From an uncultured bacterium (GTDB lineage: Bacteria > Patescibacteriota > Minisyncoccia > Phycocordibacterales > GWA1-40-21): a stretch of DNA of 64,000 bases. The stretch lies in contig CAWJAN010000001.1 in NCBI GenBank assembly GCA_963840885.1, positions 9,669-73,668 on the forward strand. Reading direction: 5' to 3'. This document shows positions 58,802-64,000 of this stretch, one piece after another. The notes beneath the pieces are model-generated. The model searched no databases and had not been told where the DNA came from. It saw only the letters and a list, made by a program, of their open reading frames with translations. The position numbers were made by a program, and so were the translations under genes. Every line of letters begins with the position of its first letter. The first letter of the stretch is position 1.

Positions 58802-59388
58802 GCGGATATATCTTTGTTCTGTTTTTTGAAACGAAAATAGAAAATGGCAATCAGAGCCGATATCAGTATAAACATGATTACAGATATTATCTTGAGATTG
58901 CTGTCTATCAGGTTATATGCTGAACCAGCATAATATCCAAGAAGCAAGAAAAGTAAAACTTTCGGAATTCCGGCTATTGTGTTGTACACGATAAACGGCA
59001 AAAGCGGCATTTCAGCTGCACCCGCTGCAATGAGTACGGCAAATCCCATTGAATGGGTCAATTTGCCTATAACGAGCGTGCGGCCGCTGTATTTTCCGTA
59101 TAATTTTTCAATCTGTTCTATTTTTTCTTTTGAATAGTTAAAAAAACGATGTTTGCCTTTTATAATGCCACGTTTGCCCAACCAGCCTATGTAATAATAG
59201 CCGAGATCACCAAACAGATCTCCGAAAAAAGTTATGGCGTAGACTAGATACGGGTTAAAAATGCCTTGCGCCGCCAAAAAACCGCCAATTACAGTGGCAA
59301 TCGGGCCTTCAAGAAATGATACGATAAACAGAAATAAATATCCGTAGTGAACAGTAAGCGCAAGAATGGCATCTAAAGTAAGGTGCAT
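58798..59388 (-). CDS. DedA-family membrane protein
   Basis: GYLFLFIVSFLEGPIATVIGGFLA DedA motif. Confidence 0.7.
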   Translation of the reverse strand: MHLTLDAILALTVHYGYLFLFIVSFLEGPIATVIGGFLAAQGIFNPYLVYAITFFGDLFGDLGYYYIGWLGKRGIIKGKHRFFNYSKEKIEQIEKLYGKYSGRTLVIGKLTHSMGFAVLIAAGAAEMPLLPFIVYNTIAGIPKVLLFLLLGYYAGSAYNLIDSNLKIISVIMFILISALIAIFYFRFKKQNKDISA

Positions 59389-59446
59389 ATTTTTGTGTAG
59401 TCAAAGACAGTAAATATGATATCATCAAAAATTATAATAGTAAAAG

Positions 59447-60862
59447 ATGAACATAAAAAAACACGCCGTTTCATGCATAATCCCGGCTTATAACGAAGAA
59501 AAAAATATCGGCAATGTTCTTAAAGCTGTAGAAAACCATCCGCTTATAGACGAGGTGGTCGTAATTGACGACTGCTCAAATGATAAAACCGCCGGCATAG
59601 CATCTTCTTTTGCTTCAGTGCGACTGATAAGGCATGAGAAAAATTCGGGCAAAAGCAAAGCCGTGCTAACCGGCATTAAAAATACTAAAGGAGATATTCT
59701 TCTTTTAATAGATGCTGATCTGACCGGACTTACCAAAGAATATATAAGCGAGCTTATAGACCCAGTTCTTAATGAAAAAGCGTATATGGCCATGAGCTTG
59801 AGAAAATTCAAGCCGTTATTTGATTATATTTATGAAAAAATCATAGGCTTTGATCCCCTCTCCGGAGAAAGAATATTCAGGAGGAATCTGGTGGATAATC
59901 ATCTTGATGAAATCGCAGCCATTCCGAATTTCGGATTGGAGGTTTTTTTGAACAAACTTGCAGTAAAAAATAAAATTAAACTTAAAATAGTGGTTTGGCC
60001 GGATGTCGCTACTCCTACAAAATCTGCTAAACACGGCAAATCAGGTTTTTGGGAAGACCTAAAAATGCATGCTGACATACTGAAAACGATTTCCATTTAC
60101 GGATATTTCAAACAGATATACGAGATGAGAAAACTTATAGTTAAAAAAGATTTTTCAGTATCTCTTATAATCCCGGCTTATAACGAAGAAAAATACATAG
60201 GAGACTGCCTGGAACACGCCATCAAGAGCTCAAACGGTTTTTTTCATGAAATACTTGTTGTAGATAATGCGAGTACCGATAAAACTGCAGAAGTCGCATC
60301 TGAATTTCCAGGCGTAAGAGTCATACGGGAAGATAAAAAAGGAATTACTAAAGCAAGGCAGCGTGGATACATGGAATCGACCGGAGACATACTCGCCTAC
60401 AACGATGCCGATACCAGGATGCCATCAAGCTGGTGCAATACACTTTTGAATGAATTTCAGAATGAAAAAATCGTAGCGCTTAGCGGAAAATATGTTTACT
60501 ACAATGTATCCTGGATTAAAAAGCTTTCCATATGGATGTACTGGTATTTTCTGGGAATACCGACATACTGGATAACCGGATACATGATAATCGGCGGAAA
60601 CTTCGCCATAAGGAGAAAAACCCTTGAAAAAATGGGCGGTTTCGATACTACCATAGATTTCTACGGCGAAGATACCGATATTGCAAGACGCGCGAGCAAA
60701 TTCGGAAAAGTTAAATTTAAATCAAGTTTTTCAATGGAAACGTCACCAAGAAGGCTTAATAAACAGGGCACCATTGGAACGGCTTACGTTTATGTGCTAA
60801 ACTTTCTTCACGAAATAATAATGCATAAGCCTGCCACAAAAAAATACGAGGATTACAGGTAA
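59447..60862 (+). CDS. tandem family-2 glycosyltransferase (two GT2 domains in one polypeptide)
   Basis: Two GT-A starts: SCIIPAYNEEKNIGNVL..VVVIDDCSNDKT and VSLIIPAYNEEKYIGDCL..ILVVDNASTDKT. Confidence 0.75.
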   Translation: MNIKKHAVSCIIPAYNEEKNIGNVLKAVENHPLIDEVVVIDDCSNDKTAGIASSFASVRLIRHEKNSGKSKAVLTGIKNTKGDILLLIDADLTGLTKEYISELIDPVLNEKAYMAMSLRKFKPLFDYIYEKIIGFDPLSGERIFRRNLVDNHLDEIAAIPNFGLEVFLNKLAVKNKIKLKIVVWPDVATPTKSAKHGKSGFWEDLKMHADILKTISIYGYFKQIYEMRKLIVKKDFSVSLIIPAYNEEKYIGDCLEHAIKSSNGFFHEILVVDNASTDKTAEVASEFPGVRVIREDKKGITKARQRGYMESTGDILAYNDADTRMPSSWCNTLLNEFQNEKIVALSGKYVYYNVSWIKKLSIWMYWYFLGIPTYWITGYMIIGGNFAIRRKTLEKMGGFDTTIDFYGEDTDIARRASKFGKVKFKSSFSMETSPRRLNKQGTIGTAYVYVLNFLHEIIMHKPATKKYEDYR

Positions 60863-60866
60863 AATT

Positions 60867-61505
60867 ATGAGAAAAATAGTAGAAAGATACAAAAATGCTT
60901 ACAACAAAGAATTCGTGATATCCATCGCTATTAGCTTTTTTATTCTTATAGTAAGCTTAATCATAAACTATTATGCCGGAGCATACGCCACTAAAAGCGC
61001 CAGCAATTCAGTTACAGATATCATACTTTCTAATATACCTGTTTATAATGTTGACGACCTTTTTGTATACGGGCCAATTGTTTTCTGGCTATTCGTATCA
61101 GTAATACTTTTGATTAAGCCGAAAGCTATTCCATTCACCTTAAAAAGCATAGCTTTATTCATCATAATACGCTCAATATCGATTTCCCTTACGCATATTG
61201 CGCCGTTTCCTACAGAAGTTCCTATAGACAGCAATATAATAAAAGATTTTACCTCCGGCGGAGATCTTTTCTTTTCCGCACATACCGGCCTTCCTTTCTT
61301 AATGTCCCTTATTTTCTGGAAAGATATCAAGCTGAGAGTAATATTCTTGTTAAGCTCGGTTGCTTTCGGAGTAATAGTCCTTATGGGCCATCTTCACTAT
61401 TCCATAGATGTATTTTCAGCATTCTTCATAACCTATACAATATTCCACATAGGAGAACTTCTATTCAAAAAAGATTTCGAACTCTTCTTGCAGGAAAAAA
61501 TATAA
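60867..61505 (+). CDS. PAP2-superfamily-like membrane protein
   Basis: FSAHTG (PSGH-like) and GHLHYSID (SRx5Hx3D-like) motifs within TM helices. Confidence 0.45.
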   Translation: MRKIVERYKNAYNKEFVISIAISFFILIVSLIINYYAGAYATKSASNSVTDIILSNIPVYNVDDLFVYGPIVFWLFVSVILLIKPKAIPFTLKSIALFIIIRSISISLTHIAPFPTEVPIDSNIIKDFTSGGDLFFSAHTGLPFLMSLIFWKDIKLRVIFLLSSVAFGVIVLMGHLHYSIDVFSAFFITYTIFHIGELLFKKDFELFLQEKI

Positions 61506-61540
61506 AAACACCCGGGGATCCCCTGGTGTTTTTATATTTT

Positions 61541-62011
61541 TTAGTTTACTATTATTGTCCCTGTAGTGGTGGAATTATAGTAATCGTGATATCCGAATAC
61601 GCCTACCGCTGTAAATTTGAAGCTGTATTTTTGACCGGGCAAAAGATCATTACTTGTAGGCCCGAGGTTATCGGCGATAATCTTGTGTATTTTATTGTCG
61701 TCATTTATCCATGTAACGACTGACCCGGATTTTATATTCAAGGCTTTTGGACTGAAAGAAAGGCTGTAAATATTTATCGTATTGCTTGATGCGCTCGAAG
61801 TGACTACGCTAGGCTTTGTTGCGCTTGAGGATGTCGTTTTTGGCGAAGTAGAAACCGTATTGGATGTTTCTGCGGTAGATGAACTTTCCACATTGTTCGC
61901 CACGCCATTATTTCCGGAAGACTGGCTTAGCATAAATATTAATATAATAACTATAAGGAGAACCGCACCCAAAAGAATCTGATTTTTTGTCGTATTTGTT
62001 AAAGTTTTCAT
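61541..62011 (-). CDS. secreted protein with Ser/Thr-rich linker and C-terminal cupredoxin-like beta domain (no copper ligand set)
   Basis: Signal/TM MKTLTNTTKNQILLGAVLLIVIILIFML, S/T-rich low-complexity region, then SGSVVTWINDDNKIHKI..FKFTAVGVFGYHDYY. Confidence 0.4.
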   Translation of the reverse strand: MKTLTNTTKNQILLGAVLLIVIILIFMLSQSSGNNGVANNVESSSTAETSNTVSTSPKTTSSSATKPSVVTSSASSNTINIYSLSFSPKALNIKSGSVVTWINDDNKIHKIIADNLGPTSNDLLPGQKYSFKFTAVGVFGYHDYYNSTTTGTIIVN

Positions 62012-62237
62012 TTATCTTTATTTATTAAATTATTAATGAATAACAGTTATATGGGTATATTATAACATTGCTGCTTTTTTATGCCTGTTCATAACAAAAA
62101 ATGATTAAGTAAAAAATATGTAAAAAAATACGCCCAGTTACGTCTTAATATGCAGATGATCTTTCCGGCTATTATTTATTGACAAATTACATAATATATA
62201 ATATAATTAGATACGTAGGTTCTTAAGGAGGCCGCAA

Positions 62238-62582
62238 ATGAGCAACGAAAAAAGTTCTGCGATGACCGTGGCAAAAATGGAGGAGGTGTTCCAGAAATCT
62301 TCCCCAGGTGATCCTCAAAGGAAAACCATAATTCATATGATTCACAAGAAGCATATGAATGCCATGACGCTTGCTGAAAACGTGAAAGAGCAGTTCCGTA
62401 TCATTGGACAGCTCATTGAAACGCTTTCAGGTCTGATTCCTTACTCCCCTGATGGAACAGAGGAGAGGAAAATTATCACGGAAATGAATGATTTCCTTGA
62501 TACTGAGATTTTTAGGCTTCGCGGCAAACTGATGGAGCTTCGTAAGAAGAACCCTCAGAACAAAAATGTCGCTTACCTTTAA
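62238..62582 (+). CDS. hypothetical protein
   Basis: 114 aa with ribosome-binding site AGGAGG; helical. Confidence 0.4.
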   Translation: MSNEKSSAMTVAKMEEVFQKSSPGDPQRKTIIHMIHKKHMNAMTLAENVKEQFRIIGQLIETLSGLIPYSPDGTEERKIITEMNDFLDTEIFRLRGKLMELRKKNPQNKNVAYL

Positions 62583-62676
62583 ACCGACGCCAAAGCCCCG
62601 TGCAACAATGCATGCGGGGCTTTTTTATTTCAAAATAATATTCCTCGTAAATATATTTTATGCTAGACTAATCGAG

Positions 62677-63627
62677 ATGAAAAAAATCGTAGTAATAGGC
62701 GGTGGTTCTGGAATATTCAATGTCCTGAAAGGCCTTAAAAATTATCCAGTGGAAATAACCTCGATAGTGACGGCTTTTGACAATGGCGGAAGTACAGGAA
62801 TACTTAAGGATGAATTCGGCACTCTTCCTCAAGGCGATATAAGAAGATCTCTTGTTGCCCTTGCTCCAGACTCTGGAAATTCCACGCTCAGGGATCTTTT
62901 GAGCTATAGATTCCCAAAGGAAAGTTCTCTAAAAGGACATTCTTTCGGAAATCTTTTTCTGCAAGCTCTTATCGGTATTTCAGGAAACGAAGTTGGGGCA
63001 ATAAAAATGGCTGAAGATATTTTAAATATAAAACATAGGATACTTCCAGTCTCCACCGATAATGCGACTCTTTGCGCTAAACTTTCAAATGGAAAAATCA
63101 TAAAAGGAGAAACGGATATAGATGTGCCGAAACATGACGGATCCATAAGAATAAAAAAAATATATCTTGAACCTGAAGCCAATATTTACTCGGAAGCGCA
63201 TAAGGCCATAATGGAAGCAAATCTGATAGTTATGGGCCCAGGAGACCTGTATACTTCAATATTGCCGAATGTGCTTGTAAGAGGATTTGCAAATGCCATA
63301 AGGAAAAGCAGGGCCAAAAAAGCCTATATACTGAACCTAATGACGAAATGGGGTGAAACCAATGATTTTAAGGCATCGGATTTTGCGAAAACTCTTCTTT
63401 CTTACCTCGGAATGAAAAAACTGGACTATATACTTGTCAATAATTTTCCTATTAAGCCGGCCCTGATAAAAAAATATAAGAATGAAAGATCTTTTCCCAT
63501 AAATACGGATTCCGGCAATTTGAAAAAATATGCCAAAAAAATAATATCTGGGGATATGGCTATTCAGGCGGAAATAATAAGGCATGATCCTAAAAAGATT
63601 TCCAGGGCTATAATGAAGCTCGTATAG
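62677..63627 (+). CDS. YvcK/gluconeogenesis-factor family protein (CofD-like)
   Basis: MKKIVVIGGGSGIFNVLKGLK..VTAFDNGGSTG..GDIRRSLVAL; the ORF-track start at 62566 is an upstream in-frame extension. Confidence 0.8.
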   Translation: MKKIVVIGGGSGIFNVLKGLKNYPVEITSIVTAFDNGGSTGILKDEFGTLPQGDIRRSLVALAPDSGNSTLRDLLSYRFPKESSLKGHSFGNLFLQALIGISGNEVGAIKMAEDILNIKHRILPVSTDNATLCAKLSNGKIIKGETDIDVPKHDGSIRIKKIYLEPEANIYSEAHKAIMEANLIVMGPGDLYTSILPNVLVRGFANAIRKSRAKKAYILNLMTKWGETNDFKASDFAKTLLSYLGMKKLDYILVNNFPIKPALIKKYKNERSFPINTDSGNLKKYAKKIISGDMAIQAEIIRHDPKKISRAIMKLV

Positions 63628-63629
63628 AT

Positions 63630-64000
63630 ATGGCAAGAAATATATTTAAAAAAACTTGGAAAACGGTTAAGGATATAAGATTTTGGACGGCTATAATATT
63701 GATTTATATACTGGCTGTGCTTTTTATGGCTTTTTACGGAAATACGGGCATAAATATAAAAACTTTCCAGATAAAAAATATACAGGGCATACTGGATGAA
63801 ATAACTTCCCCTCAAATTCTTGCGCTCGATAAAGAGGATTATGATGCAAAAATGCTGGATCTTGCCAATATAAAAACAAAAGCCGATGCACAACTATGGC
63901 CAGCCGGCGCAAGCAAAATGGCAAGCACGACATATCCTCTTGATGGCGCAATACTTCCATTTCACAGGATTATCGCATATTACGGAAATTTCCTTTCCAC
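63630..64000 (+). CDS. hypothetical membrane-anchored protein, 3' partial (runs off the window)
   Basis: ATG at 63630, N-terminal TM FWTAIILIYILAVLFMAF, open to the window end. Confidence 0.4.
   Translation, partial: MARNIFKKTWKTVKDIRFWTAIILIYILAVLFMAFYGNTGINIKTFQIKNIQGILDEITSPQILALDKEDYDAKMLDLANIKTKADAQLWPAGASKMASTTYPLDGAILPFHRIIAYYGNFLS

Noticed and set aside
21796-64000. Prophage or conjugative element in the low-GC part
   Set aside because: No capsid, terminase, portal, tail, relaxase or type IV secretion genes are recognisable. The island at 30.4-40.9 kb carries only small cargo modules.
1-64000. rRNA genes
   Set aside because: No stretch resembles 16S, 23S or 5S conserved blocks.

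Overview
The window is compositionally two-part. Positions 1 to about 21,795 are high-GC (about 70%, Actinobacteria- or Myxococcota-like) and 21,796 to 64,000 are low-GC (about 35%, a streamlined bacterium, possibly CPR/Patescibacteria-like, which I cannot assign). The switch is abrupt and truncates one gene on each side: an NHL-repeat protein on the high-GC side and a class I/II aminotransferase on the low-GC side. It therefore looks like an assembly or concatenation join, not natural transfer. In the high-GC part almost every recognisable gene needs one or more frameshifts to be read (TPP decarboxylase, MaoC dehydratase, family III CoA-transferase, DUF222-HNH endonuclease, LLM oxidoreductase, nitroreductase, family-5 ABC binding protein and permeases, molybdopterin oxidoreductase, ChrA). 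Only a few are intact (esterase, methyltransferase, one permease). That pattern fits indel sequencing error or heavy pseudogenisation. The low-GC part reads cleanly and carries housekeeping genes: rarA, prolyl oligopeptidase, two peptide deformylases, murB, dnaX, a tRNA-dihydrouridine synthase, fmt, hpf, a PEBP-family protein, cfa, dgkA, a DedA-family protein, a tandem GT2 glycosyltransferase, a YvcK-family protein, tRNA-Gln and tRNA-Asn. The most interesting region is about 30.4 to 40.9 kb. It is a unidirectional accessory island abutting tRNA-Gln, built from at least 7 gene modules. Each module is followed by a degenerate copy of the tRNA-Gln 3' end (core GCTGG..CG..GTTAGAAC), which looks like tandem site-specific accretion or an integron-like array with no integrase in view. 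Its cargo looks defence-related. It includes an operon of a bPH-domain membrane protein, a MazG-like NTP pyrophosphohydrolase and a DUF2075 nuclease/P-loop ATPase. It also includes a DUF2726 nuclease-like protein, a HEPN-motif protein with a membrane partner, and a SEC-C protein next to a DUF2188 gene. Also present are candidate structured ncRNAs upstream of dnaX, a tRNA-Asn 3'-end duplication scar, and several palindromic or operator-like motifs.
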